This document shows, in pieces, positions 9,203 through 18,628 of a DNA stretch of 64,000 nt. The position numbers were made by a program, and so were the translations under genes. Numbering within the stretch: the stretch's first letter is position 1; each line of letters starts with the position of its first letter. The notes beneath the pieces were generated by a model that saw nothing but the letters and a program-made list of their open reading frames with translations, had not been told where the DNA came from and ran no database searches. The DNA is taken from contig OY760907.1 of the NCBI GenBank assembly GCA_963664195.1, positions 2,496,001-2,560,000 on the forward strand, in the 5' to 3' direction. The DNA comes from an uncultured candidate division Zixibacteria bacterium. GTDB lineage: Bacteria > Zixibacteria > MSB-5A5 > GN15 > FEB-12.

Positions 9203-9772
9203 GTGGAAAAGAAACAGGCGATCATCGGAGCTGCACAAACCCTTTTTAGCCAGTTTGGGCTGAAGAAGGTGACCACGGACGATATCGCCCGGTCTGCGAA
9301 GGTATCGAAAGCCACTATTTATAAACACTATCGCAATAAATCGGCTATTTTCGACGAGGTGGTCAAGCTGGAGGCGCAGCAGCTTCTGAATGCCATTCGT
9401 GAGGCTACCGCACAGGAACCTTCGATGGCCGGCAAGATGAAGGCTCATGTGGTCTCTCGAATGAACACAGTATGCAACTTGATCAACCTCTATCGTGTTA
9501 CACAAGATACATGGGGTGACTTCTGGCCCCACCTGGCTGAAATGGACGAATGGTTGATATCCGAGGAGACGGCTCTGCTGTCCGCGACCATGCGCGAGGG
9601 CGTTTCGCTCGGAGAATTTGAGATAAATCGTATTGACTTTGCTGCCCGTATGGCCGTTGTTGCATTTAAGTCCATCGAGTTTCCGTGGACCATGCAGAAG
9701 TACGGTGTGACTCCTGCTGAGTATGCCGACATGATGGTTGACATGATGCTCAACGGAATCCGCAAGCGGTGA
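9203..9772 (+). CDS. TetR/AcrR family transcriptional regulator
   Basis: HTH IIGAAQTLFSQFGLKKVTTDDIARSAKVSKATIYKHY. Confidence 0.93.
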   Translation: MEKKQAIIGAAQTLFSQFGLKKVTTDDIARSAKVSKATIYKHYRNKSAIFDEVVKLEAQQLLNAIREATAQEPSMAGKMKAHVVSRMNTVCNLINLYRVTQDTWGDFWPHLAEMDEWLISEETALLSATMREGVSLGEFEINRIDFAARMAVVAFKSIEFPWTMQKYGVTPAEYADMMVDMMLNGIRKR

Positions 9773-9848
9773 AGATGCATCAGTAGCTGGCGGCCAAAGT
9801 GTGCCGGAAACCTTCCGGGTATTTATTGGTCAGCTAAGGAGAAGAGAT

Positions 9849-11693
9849 ATGTCTGGTCTACGCAGGAACGACCATGCCAAGTTTGCACCCGGGAACGAAA
9901 ATCCCCACTCGTTTCACATCCCCGTGATGGGGACCGGGTTCACCATTGATACTCCCTTGCGTGTTGCGAAGTACGGCATTTCCTCGGTCGTTTCCATCGG
10001 CGATGATGTGCTCATTGAGAGTATGCGGAAATACCACTGCGAGCAGAACCGTCTTGCATACGAGGAGATTCCTGCCAGGAGTGAAGACTCGCGCTCACGT
10101 CGTATTAGCGCGTACCTTGACCTTATGCAGGAACTGGTGAAAGATCAATCAAAGCGTCTGCAGGCCGAGCCTTTCGAGGAAGGCAGCGACATCAGCAAGT
10201 ATTTTAACATGCTTCCGGAGACTCCATTGAAGCTGGAATACCGTGCGATGCTTGCTACCGACGATGAATCGGAAAAGAGTCGCCGGCAGGACGCCTTGCG
10301 TGCCCGGGCCATTCCCGGCAGTATCGATGTCAATATAATGGCCAAAGCCGATTTCGACAGATACCGCAACGGTGAGAAACTGCCGCCGGAGGAAGCGGTG
10401 GCCATGTCTGCCGTCCGGGGGTTTGCCAACAGCGGATTGGAAAGCTCAATCGTCTTGTCTGCCGGCTTGAACCGTCGCTTGTATGCCTACATAACAGAAT
10501 TCCAGGATTTCTACCCCGATGAGAACGGCCGCGTTAAGAAAAAGATCATTTTGAAGGTGTCCGACTTCCGGTCGGCTCTGCTTCAGGGAAAGTTGCTGGC
10601 CAAAAAGGGTCTGTGGATATCTGAGTTCCGTGTCGAATCCGGGCTTAACTGCGGCGGGCACGCCTTCTCCACCAAGGGCTATCTGATGGGGCCTATCCTG
10701 GAAGAGTTCAAACAGAAACGGACCGAACTCGTCGAGGAGTTCCACACCCTTTACTCCAAAGCGCTGACCGAACAGGGGCATGCCGTCGGCGACAGACCGC
10801 GAGGAATGAAGGTCACCGTCCAGGGAGGTATTGCCACCGCCGAAGAGGACGAGTTCCTTCGTACCTACTATCAACTTGATGGCACCGGCTGGGGGACACC
10901 GTTCCTTCTGGTGCCGGAGGCTACCCGAGTCGATCCCGCACATCTCAAGAAGTTGTGTGAGGCTGGCGACAATGACGTCTTTCTCAGTGGTGCCTCACCT
11001 CTTGGCGTGCCGTTCTGGACTCTTCGCAATTCTTCAAGCGAAGAAGCCCGGCGCAAGCGTATCGCTATTGACAAGCCGGGCAGCCCTTGCCCGAAGGGCT
11101 TCCTCAGTTCAGATACGGAATTCACGTCTGCTCCGATATGCAAGGCTTCACGCACCTACCAGAAGCGCAAGTTGAATCAACTCGCCGCCAGCACGCTGGC
11201 CACGGACAAGATCGTTGCCCTGCACAACCAGATAGTGGCCAAGGCCTGTATCTGCCATGACCTCGCCGGAGGGGCCACTCTGCTCACCGGCATTGACCCG
11301 AAAGCCAGACCGGCTATCTGCTGTGGACCAGTGATCTCCGCCTTTTCAAAAACCAGCACACTGGAAGAGATGGTCGGACATATCTACGGTCGCCTGTCAA
11401 TCATGACGCGCACTGATCGGTCGCACATGCTCGTCAACGAGCTGCAATTGTACGTGGACTTCCTCAAGCAGGAGATCATTGATGCTTCCGCCGGCCTGCT
11501 CAGCCGGACCCAGAAGCATTTCGCCGAGTTCAAGGAAAACCTCGTCTCCGGCGCGCAATACTATCGACAGTTGGCCGAAGAGTTTGGTAAAGAAAAGCGG
11601 GAGAGCTTTCTCAAGGACATCGAGGATTTGCTGGCCGAACTGGACTCGGTCTCCATCGACTCGTTTGTTGCGATGTCCGCCAGGGCGATGTGA
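9849..11693 (+). CDS. Conserved hypothetical protein, divergent NMO/FabK/FabX-like FMN TIM barrel with Cys-rich C-terminus
   Basis: Motifs FHIPVMG, ESGLNCGGH, TVQGGI, GTGWGTPFL, then CPKG...PIC...KACICHDL...ICCGP. The CDS is secure; the function is inferred. Confidence 0.65.
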   Translation: MSGLRRNDHAKFAPGNENPHSFHIPVMGTGFTIDTPLRVAKYGISSVVSIGDDVLIESMRKYHCEQNRLAYEEIPARSEDSRSRRISAYLDLMQELVKDQSKRLQAEPFEEGSDISKYFNMLPETPLKLEYRAMLATDDESEKSRRQDALRARAIPGSIDVNIMAKADFDRYRNGEKLPPEEAVAMSAVRGFANSGLESSIVLSAGLNRRLYAYITEFQDFYPDENGRVKKKIILKVSDFRSALLQGKLLAKKGLWISEFRVESGLNCGGHAFSTKGYLMGPILEEFKQKRTELVEEFHTLYSKALTEQGHAVGDRPRGMKVTVQGGIATAEEDEFLRTYYQLDGTGWGTPFLLVPEATRVDPAHLKKLCEAGDNDVFLSGASPLGVPFWTLRNSSSEEARRKRIAIDKPGSPCPKGFLSSDTEFTSAPICKASRTYQKRKLNQLAASTLATDKIVALHNQIVAKACICHDLAGGATLLTGIDPKARPAICCGPVISAFSKTSTLEEMVGHIYGRLSIMTRTDRSHMLVNELQLYVDFLKQEIIDASAGLLSRTQKHFAEFKENLVSGAQYYRQLAEEFGKEKRESFLKDIEDLLAELDSVSIDSFVAMSARAM

Positions 11694-11715
11694 ATGTAGG
11701 TTGAATCAAAAAAAA

Positions 11716-11789
11716 TCGGGGTGATAGGATTTGAACCTACGACTTCTTGCTCCCAAAGCAAGCGCGCTACCAGGCTGCGCCACACCCCG
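11716..11789 (-). tRNA. tRNA-Pro(TGG)
   Basis: CGGGGTG...CACCCCGA acceptor stem, anticodon loop TTTGGGA. Confidence 0.96.
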
Positions 11790-12013
11790 ATTAGAGCCAA
11801 ACATAATACGGCCCGCTCCGTCACCTGTCAAGCTGAGCTTTTTCGATCTTCACTGAATCCCCGATATATCGCCGTGAGTATAACCTTTGCAGTCTTGAAT
11901 GAGACGCCCTTGTGTCGCGCTGTGTGCGGTGCGAACGTGTTCTGCTGATTTTCTCCGGCGATCAGGGAATCTTCTATTGGTGCTTGCGAACTACTTGAAT
12001 TGACGTACATTTG

Positions 12014-13051
12014 ATGACAATGGCAAAAAACAACCTTATAGGATACACCCTCAATCAGATGGAGTCCCTCTTCGTTGATCTCGAAGAGAAGAAGTACCGT
12101 GGCAAACAGCTCTACAAATGGTTGTACTGCGACCGTCTGTATGAGTTCGACCGGATGACGAACTTCTCCAAGGACCTCCGTTCTAAGCTGGCCGACAGAT
12201 TCGACATGCGTCCTCTAATTCTCGTCAAGAAACAGAAATCCGAGGACGGTACCGAGAAATTCCTGTTTGAACTCGAAGACGCCCTTCGGATCGAATCTGT
12301 CCTCGTGCAACTGGAAGACCGTCGCGCTTTGTGCGTATCCTCGCAGGTTGGATGTGCTCTGGACTGTCGTTTCTGTGCCACCGGTACCATGGGCTTTGAA
12401 CGCAATCTGACGATTGGGGAAATCCTCGGCCAGATCATGTACGTGAGAGACTACAGGGGGGAAGATTGTTTTGCCAATATCGTATTTATGGGGATGGGTG
12501 AGCCACTGAACAACTATGACAATATCGTCGAAGTGATTCGCATTTTGACTGATTCCATGGGATTCGGCATTGGTGCCAAGAGGATAGTTGTGTCGACTGC
12601 CGGTGTCGTGCCCAAGATCCGACAGCTCGCCGAGTCCGGTCTGAAAGCAAGACTTGCGGTGTCGCTCAACGCCGCCACGCAGGTCAAAAGACTCAAAATC
12701 ATGCCCGTTACGAAAGGTTTTCCCCTCCACGACCTAATGGAGGCGATTCGCTATTATACGGGAAAGACTGGCACTCGCGTCACGTTTGAGTATATTCTGA
12801 TGGACGGCTTTAATGACACCCGCGAAGATGTCCTGGCACTCGCCCGGATAATCGAGGGTATCCCGTGCAAAATAAATCTACTGGCATACAACCCGGTCGA
12901 TGGACTCGACTACCGGCGGCCCGACGACAGCAAAGTCGATTGGTTTGCCCGCGAGTTGTTTCCCCGTGCTCCGGCCGTTACGGTACGCAGGAGTCGGGGC
13001 CGGGACATTGACGCAGCCTGCGGACAGTTGGTTGCCAAAAACAGGAGGTAG
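12014..13051 (+). CDS. rlmN: 23S rRNA m2A2503/tRNA methyltransferase, radical SAM
   Basis: CVSSQVGCALDCRFC, MGMGEP, DIDAACGQL. Confidence 0.96.
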   Translation: MTMAKNNLIGYTLNQMESLFVDLEEKKYRGKQLYKWLYCDRLYEFDRMTNFSKDLRSKLADRFDMRPLILVKKQKSEDGTEKFLFELEDALRIESVLVQLEDRRALCVSSQVGCALDCRFCATGTMGFERNLTIGEILGQIMYVRDYRGEDCFANIVFMGMGEPLNNYDNIVEVIRILTDSMGFGIGAKRIVVSTAGVVPKIRQLAESGLKARLAVSLNAATQVKRLKIMPVTKGFPLHDLMEAIRYYTGKTGTRVTFEYILMDGFNDTREDVLALARIIEGIPCKINLLAYNPVDGLDYRRPDDSKVDWFARELFPRAPAVTVRRSRGRDIDAACGQLVAKNRR

Positions 13052-13059
13052 AACTACCG

Positions 13060-14466
13060 ATGCGGTTCTGTTATCGATTTTCTCTGATGCTGATTGCGAT
13101 TTGTTTGGTGGTTGGCAGCGTTGCCGCCCAGACTCCCGAAGTCACTGTTGGTGATCTTGATTTCCCTAATCGAGTTTGGGGAACCCAGACGATGTCCTTC
13201 GAAGTCACCAACAACACCGAGATGCTGAAATTCATGACAGTGGAAACAGATGTCGCCTTTCCGGATTCTTACGCCAATCCGCAGCGACACAAATCTCAGC
13301 ACTTTATCCTGCCGCCGGCGACGACAAAGACTTTCACTCCCGAACTGGAGATCCCCGGATGTTACGGACAGGGCGATGTTTGGGTGCGGATTATCGACGT
13401 GGTGGATACACTTGATGACGTCTCCATCGGGCACCAGGCTTTTGAGCAGAAATTCTCCCTGAGATTCAATCGCCCGGCTACGGTTGAGCCGTACTACCAG
13501 GAACGGATTACCCTGCCGCCGCTGATGAACAAGTCACAGGACCTGGATAGTGAGTTTTCACGACTGCTCCTGATCATGCTCAACGAAGGCAAGTCGCTCG
13601 AGGAGATAGCGCAGATTACCGGGACAACCCTTGAGTCGGTGCAAAACGTCGCCCTGACCCTGGCGGAGGCACATTATATCCGCGACTACGACGGCGTGTA
13701 TCGAGTTGTTCCGCCGGTTATTCTCCTTGCCGAAGCCGAAGAATCCCGTAAACTGGCAGTTCGCATTTCGGACCAGTTGGTTGAGTTGATCGGAAGGAAC
13801 GACGCCAGATACGACGCCGTAATCGACAGCCTGGTTGCCGCCGGTGCACTTGATCCCAATGACATGGGTTTCATGAGCGGCAAAGGCGTGCTCCTGGACA
13901 AGTATCCCGTATATACCGGTCTGTATCTCTGGCAGGTGTTGGGACAAAGATTCATCAATAATAATCTCGCCGTCCAGATATTTCAGAATTCGAACCCCTG
14001 TCGACCGAATATCGGTACATATATGTACATTGCTCAGGGTGGCGACTTCTTCAACGGCCATCATTACTATGATCTGACCGAGCGTCGCAACTCGATGGAA
14101 TTCTCTTTTGGCGATCAGATTCCGATTATTACCTGTCAGCCCGGCTGGGAGAACAAACAGAAGCTGTCTCCCAAGGCGGATTGGACCATCGAGGAAGAGT
14201 ATCGTCCTGAATCGATTGTCTACGACAGCGTGATTGTCCATCCGGCACTGCGAGCACTTGACACCGGGGCGGAAGCCATTCTCGATGCCGCCAGGGACGA
14301 GCTTCGCGAAATCCATATCAAACACGGCCATCAACAGTTCTCTGCCGGAGTGCGATACTGGTTCTGGAACCTGACCGCGACCCTGACTGTCGACAAACTG
14401 GTCAAGGCGGGAACGATCACGAAAAAGGGTAACGGTCAGTACCGCTTCATACGGAAGAACAGATAA
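13060..14466 (+). CDS. Hypothetical exported protein
   Basis: 468-aa ORF with GGAGG RBS and a signal peptide ending VAA; coupled to rlmN and the next gene. Confidence 0.8.
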   Translation: MRFCYRFSLMLIAICLVVGSVAAQTPEVTVGDLDFPNRVWGTQTMSFEVTNNTEMLKFMTVETDVAFPDSYANPQRHKSQHFILPPATTKTFTPELEIPGCYGQGDVWVRIIDVVDTLDDVSIGHQAFEQKFSLRFNRPATVEPYYQERITLPPLMNKSQDLDSEFSRLLLIMLNEGKSLEEIAQITGTTLESVQNVALTLAEAHYIRDYDGVYRVVPPVILLAEAEESRKLAVRISDQLVELIGRNDARYDAVIDSLVAAGALDPNDMGFMSGKGVLLDKYPVYTGLYLWQVLGQRFINNNLAVQIFQNSNPCRPNIGTYMYIAQGGDFFNGHHYYDLTERRNSMEFSFGDQIPIITCQPGWENKQKLSPKADWTIEEEYRPESIVYDSVIVHPALRALDTGAEAILDAARDELREIHIKHGHQQFSAGVRYWFWNLTATLTVDKLVKAGTITKKGNGQYRFIRKNR

Positions 14467-14894
14467 TGAAAGCGCTCGCTGTTCTTGCGGCGTTTCTCAT
14501 ACTGCTGAGCCTCCTGGGCTGCGGCGAAGAGAAACTACCGTCGCGCGATGAGATCCCGGTGTTGCGAAGCACGCTCGCAACACTGGACACGGCTATTGCC
14601 AGTCATAACCGGGCGGCAATTGATTCGATGCTTTCGGTTGAGATTCTCGACGAAGGTCAGGATTCCGACTCATTGCTGAGGCTTTGTTATGGCCCCGAGG
14701 GTAGATTCGCTTTTGAGCACTTGGGCAACTACGATATCTTCTTCAGCCGCCAGATGGCGGTGATCGACTGCTTTGTGCAGGACAGTTCTCAGTTGAAGGA
14801 CCGCCCCTTGAAACTGTATTTCAAGCCGGACAACAAACGCTGGCTGCTGAAGAAGTTTGAAGCGGGGGAGTGGGACACGACAACGGCTGAGTAA
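14466..14894 (+). CDS. Hypothetical lipoprotein (possibly NTF2-like)
   Basis: Lipobox LLGC; TAATG overlap with the upstream gene. Confidence 0.75.
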   Translation: MKALAVLAAFLILLSLLGCGEEKLPSRDEIPVLRSTLATLDTAIASHNRAAIDSMLSVEILDEGQDSDSLLRLCYGPEGRFAFEHLGNYDIFFSRQMAVIDCFVQDSSQLKDRPLKLYFKPDNKRWLLKKFEAGEWDTTTAE

Positions 14895-14937
14895 GTATCT
14901 GACGAATGATCGTTCTTTTGCTGACTAATCGAGTCAC

Positions 14938-14970
14938 AAAAAAGCCCGCCAAACCGGCGGGCTTTTTCTT
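14938..14970. terminator. Bidirectional intrinsic terminator
   Basis: AAAAAAGCCCGCC-AAACC-GGCGGGCTTTTT between convergent genes. Confidence 0.85.
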
Positions 14971-14991
14971 GTTAGCTTCTGCTGATCTATC

Positions 14992-16794
14992 TTAGATTTC
15001 GGCCTTCTTCTGGCCTTCGGAGATGATGCGCGTGTACTCGGCCTGGCTGTTGAGCAACTCAACCGCCTTGATGACTGACTGGTCAGTCTTCAACACAACC
15101 TGCTCGTAGAACCCGGTTTCACCGGCAATCGCCCGGACGATCTCGCGTTTCAGTGCCCGCTTGATGTAGTCCTCGGAGCGTGTGAAATCAGCCTCCTTCT
15201 CAGCCTCAACCAGCTTCTCCATCTTCTCAACTGAGTTTTTGAAGACATCTTCCTTGCCCTCAGTGGCAATAGTCTCTGTCAGATCCTCAAGTCCCAACTG
15301 CAGGGCCGACTTGTAGGTGAACTCGTTCTCCTTGATGTAGTCAGCGAATTCCTCGACCATTTTGTCGTCGACCTCGAAATCAGCCGGTGTCTCAGGATGG
15401 TCGGCCACGTACTGCACAGCGAAATCGAAGAACATCGATTTACGCTCAAGGTTGATCTCGATAGTCTTCCAGGTCTCGCCTTCTATCTCCACGTCAGGAA
15501 TGATACCGCCACCGCCGTAGACCATGCGTCCGCCGTTGGTGTAGTAAATCTCCTTGTCCTCGATAGTGAGCGAGTCGCTGCCTTCTTCATCGTGTACGGT
15601 CAGATCAAGCGGTCCTTTGCCCTGGCGTTCCGGTCTCTGGATACAGCGGCCGGAGGGGACATAGTACTTGGCAGTGGTCAGTTTGAGTGCCGCAGAACCA
15701 TCGCTCGCAATCGGGAATATCTGCTGCACGAGACCCTTGCCGAAGGTGGTCGATCCCATGATAATGCCGCGATCCCAATCTTGAATCGCGCCCGATACGA
15801 TTTCGGAGGCCGAGGCCGTGCCGTTATCGACGAGGACTACCAGCGGCTTTTCCATCGGGAAGAGGGGCGGGCGTTCGGAGCGATAATGCCGTTCGTTGGA
15901 GCCGTTACGTCCTTTGGTGTAGACGATTTCGGAACCCTGGTTCAGGAACAGCTCCGCCGTCTCCTTGGCCTGATCAAGCAGTCCGCCGCCGTTGGAACGG
16001 AGGTCGAATATGAGCGCAGAGATACCCTGCTCGTTTAGGTCGCTGATTGCCTGACGCAGCTCATGGCTGGTCTCTTCAGCAAATCGTGAAAGGCGCACAT
16101 ACCCGATATCTGTGCCGGGAATGATGCCTGAGAAATTGACGGATTTCAATTCGATCACGGCGCGTTCGATTTCAAACTCCAGCAGATCGGGAATACCGGT
16201 CCGCTTTATTTCGAGCACCACCGACGTCCCGGCTTCACCGCGCATGAGATCGGCGGCATCTGAGGTGGACATGCCCTCGGTCGACTTGCCGTCGATCTTC
16301 CAGATTACGTCACCGGCACGAAGACCGCGACGATACGCCGGAGTACCTTCAATAGGCGATGCTATCAGGATACGATCGTCACGCGCGTCAATACGCATGC
16401 CGAGACCCTGGTATTTGCCGTGGGTGCTTTCCATGAGGTTGTCGTATTCCTGCTTTTCGAGCAGGACCGAGTAGCGATCAAGGTCGGAAAGCATCCCTTC
16501 AATGCCGGCGTTGACAATCTCCTCCATGTCGACATCTTCCATGTAGCCCTGGCGGACATGGCGGGCGGTCTCGGTGAGTCGTTTGACGGCTTTGAAGAAG
16601 GTGTCCCTGGATTGCGGCGCCTTGACTTCGGTCCCTTCGTTCGATGATTCCAAATTAATGTGCACGGTGTCGGCCCATAGGACCGGTCCGGTGTCGGCGA
16701 CTGCCAGTTGGCTGGCGTCGCCGGGGCCGGCGAACCATATAAGGGCGATCGCAAAAACAGTGATGCCAAACAGGTGAACGGTGTAGCGCAACAT
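14992..16794 (-). CDS. ctpA: Carboxy-terminal processing protease, S41A (PDZ)
   Basis: GLGMRI PDZ, DLRSNGGGLL, TASASEIVSG, TFGKGLVQ, LTTAKYY. Confidence 0.93.
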   Translation of the reverse strand: MLRYTVHLFGITVFAIALIWFAGPGDASQLAVADTGPVLWADTVHINLESSNEGTEVKAPQSRDTFFKAVKRLTETARHVRQGYMEDVDMEEIVNAGIEGMLSDLDRYSVLLEKQEYDNLMESTHGKYQGLGMRIDARDDRILIASPIEGTPAYRRGLRAGDVIWKIDGKSTEGMSTSDAADLMRGEAGTSVVLEIKRTGIPDLLEFEIERAVIELKSVNFSGIIPGTDIGYVRLSRFAEETSHELRQAISDLNEQGISALIFDLRSNGGGLLDQAKETAELFLNQGSEIVYTKGRNGSNERHYRSERPPLFPMEKPLVVLVDNGTASASEIVSGAIQDWDRGIIMGSTTFGKGLVQQIFPIASDGSAALKLTTAKYYVPSGRCIQRPERQGKGPLDLTVHDEEGSDSLTIEDKEIYYTNGGRMVYGGGGIIPDVEIEGETWKTIEINLERKSMFFDFAVQYVADHPETPADFEVDDKMVEEFADYIKENEFTYKSALQLGLEDLTETIATEGKEDVFKNSVEKMEKLVEAEKEADFTRSEDYIKRALKREIVRAIAGETGFYEQVVLKTDQSVIKAVELLNSQAEYTRIISEGQKKAEI

Positions 16795-17004
16795 CTAGAG
16801 ACCTCTATTTATCAAATTGTTGAACTCAATGTAACTATCGACAGGGCGGTGTCAAGGTTTGACAGCCCTCATGCCGCGTCGCTATCTTCCACAATTATAT
16901 ACACTTAGCGGTCCTTCCTGGTTTCAGGTGGCGTACGTCTCTGGCACCTATAACAGCAATCTGGCTGCCCGATAACGCCTTAGCGAGAAAAAACACCTCC
17001 CGCT

Positions 17005-17032
17005 GTAACCTTATGTGCCGCCGGCCGTCCAA
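17005..17032 (+). promoter_or_regulatory. Putative ECF sigma promoter GTAACC-N15-CGTCCAA
   Basis: About 90 nt upstream of the 17121 operon; matches the motif at 2291-2318. Confidence 0.5.
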
Positions 17033-17120
17033 TAGATATGGCCGCAGAACTGAAACCTGTTACCCGGCTGCGGTTTGCCGCAGTGACGCGCCTGACTGAC
17101 CGCAACAAACTGTCCCGTTT

Positions 17121-17927
17121 TTGAACAGGAACCTGACTACACTTATGAAACGTGTCAAAGATTCATATAGTTTCGCTTTCCTATTGAACGTGCTTCTGCC
17201 AGGCGCGGGGCATCTTTACTGGCGGGAATACACGTTTGGGCTGTTTGTGTTCCTCATTGCGCTCCTGGCCATGACTCTCTTTCTCGCGTCGTTTATCATT
17301 CCGACGACAGGCGTAGTGATAGCAATGCTGTTTGGCCTGCCGATGTTGTTTTTCCTGTTTACTTTCGTGGATCTCGGCAAGTCGATTACCAAAAGAAATC
17401 GCATATCTCAGCGCACCACGAAAACGATGATTCTGTATCTTGTCGGTGCCATCGCCTTTCAGTTCTTTTCTCCCATCGCGCCGGTGAATTTTGTTCTCCG
17501 GAATCCACCGGAGGTTTTCACGGTCGACGGCAACTTTCTGTCGCCCGCGTTCAATGACGGTGATCTTGTGCTGGCTAATCCTTTGGCGTGGCGCGCCGAT
17601 CTGGTTTTTGTTGATGGCCACTACTGGTTCGAAATACCCCGGCGGGGGGAGATTGTCAGGTTCAGAAACGGCCGCCCGTCTTCCGGCACCGGAGTGATTC
17701 TCGGTATGTTCGGCGAGGAGGTGCAGATTGTCGACGGCGTTCTCGTTGTCGACGGTATCCCGCAGGAGGCCGATCTTCCCGGGCAGCGGCTGCTGCAAGG
17801 GGATATGGCGTTGACTTTGACAAATCCCACATCTATCTTGATCGCTACGTTAAACTTGGGCGTAGTAGACAGGACGTATCAAGTGCCTGCCGACAGCCTG
17901 ATTGGGCGAGTGTATAAGCTGTTTTGA
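17121..17927 (+). CDS. Membrane protein with degenerate signal peptidase I (S26)-like domain
   Basis: N-terminal TM bundle (LLPGAGHLY), then VDGNFLSPAFNDGDLVL...PRRGEIVRF...GEEVQIVDG...LIGRV resembling LepB boxes without a clear catalytic Ser/Lys. Confidence 0.65.
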   Translation: MNRNLTTLMKRVKDSYSFAFLLNVLLPGAGHLYWREYTFGLFVFLIALLAMTLFLASFIIPTTGVVIAMLFGLPMLFFLFTFVDLGKSITKRNRISQRTTKTMILYLVGAIAFQFFSPIAPVNFVLRNPPEVFTVDGNFLSPAFNDGDLVLANPLAWRADLVFVDGHYWFEIPRRGEIVRFRNGRPSSGTGVILGMFGEEVQIVDGVLVVDGIPQEADLPGQRLLQGDMALTLTNPTSILIATLNLGVVDRTYQVPADSLIGRVYKLF

Positions 17928-18589
17928 AATCTATTCGTTACCTGATTTTTGATCTCGATGGCACCCTGATTGATTCCTCCGAAGGCGTGGTGGATGCCGT
18001 CAATTATTCCCTTCGCATGGCAGGAGAACCGGAGCAGTCGCCAGCAGTAATCAAGAAGTTCATAGGATACCCTCTGACAACAATGTACCCGCACTTTTCG
18101 AAGGTCTCCCCGCAGGACCTCTGCGAGCACTTCAAGGTCAGAGCAGCCGAGACCGTTATTGCCAGCACGGTCGCCCTTGAAGGCGCCGACGAGACGCTTC
18201 GTGAATTGCACCGGGCCGGTTACAGGATGGCCATCGCTACGACCAAAATAGCCCATCACCTGCACGGAATTGTCGATCTCATGAACTGGGGTTCGTTGTT
18301 TGATGCCCTGGTGGGGGGAGACGAAGTCAAACAGGTCAAGCCGGCACCGGAAGCGTTCATTCTGGCTCTCGAACGACTCGGCGTCTCGGCAGAGGACTCT
18401 CTGGTTATCGGCGATACCTTTAACGACGTGATGGCGGCAAAAGCCGTTCCGATGTTGGTGGCGGAGGTGGCGTCGCCGTACGGAGCACCCGAGGGCTTGC
18501 CCACTGCCGAGCCTGATTTTCGACTGGGCTCGATTTCAGAGGTCCCGGCTTTGCTCGACGGTTCCCGACCGGGTCGTAAAGCGGTATAG
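17924..18589 (+). CDS. HAD-superfamily hydrolase (phosphoglycolate phosphatase-like)
   Basis: FDLDGTLIDS, ATTK, KPAP, IGDTFND. Confidence 0.92.
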   Translation: MKSIRYLIFDLDGTLIDSSEGVVDAVNYSLRMAGEPEQSPAVIKKFIGYPLTTMYPHFSKVSPQDLCEHFKVRAAETVIASTVALEGADETLRELHRAGYRMAIATTKIAHHLHGIVDLMNWGSLFDALVGGDEVKQVKPAPEAFILALERLGVSAEDSLVIGDTFNDVMAAKAVPMLVAEVASPYGAPEGLPTAEPDFRLGSISEVPALLDGSRPGRKAV

Positions 18590-18628
18590 AAGTAAATGTG
18601 TATAGCTGCAATATAAAGGAGGTAAAGA

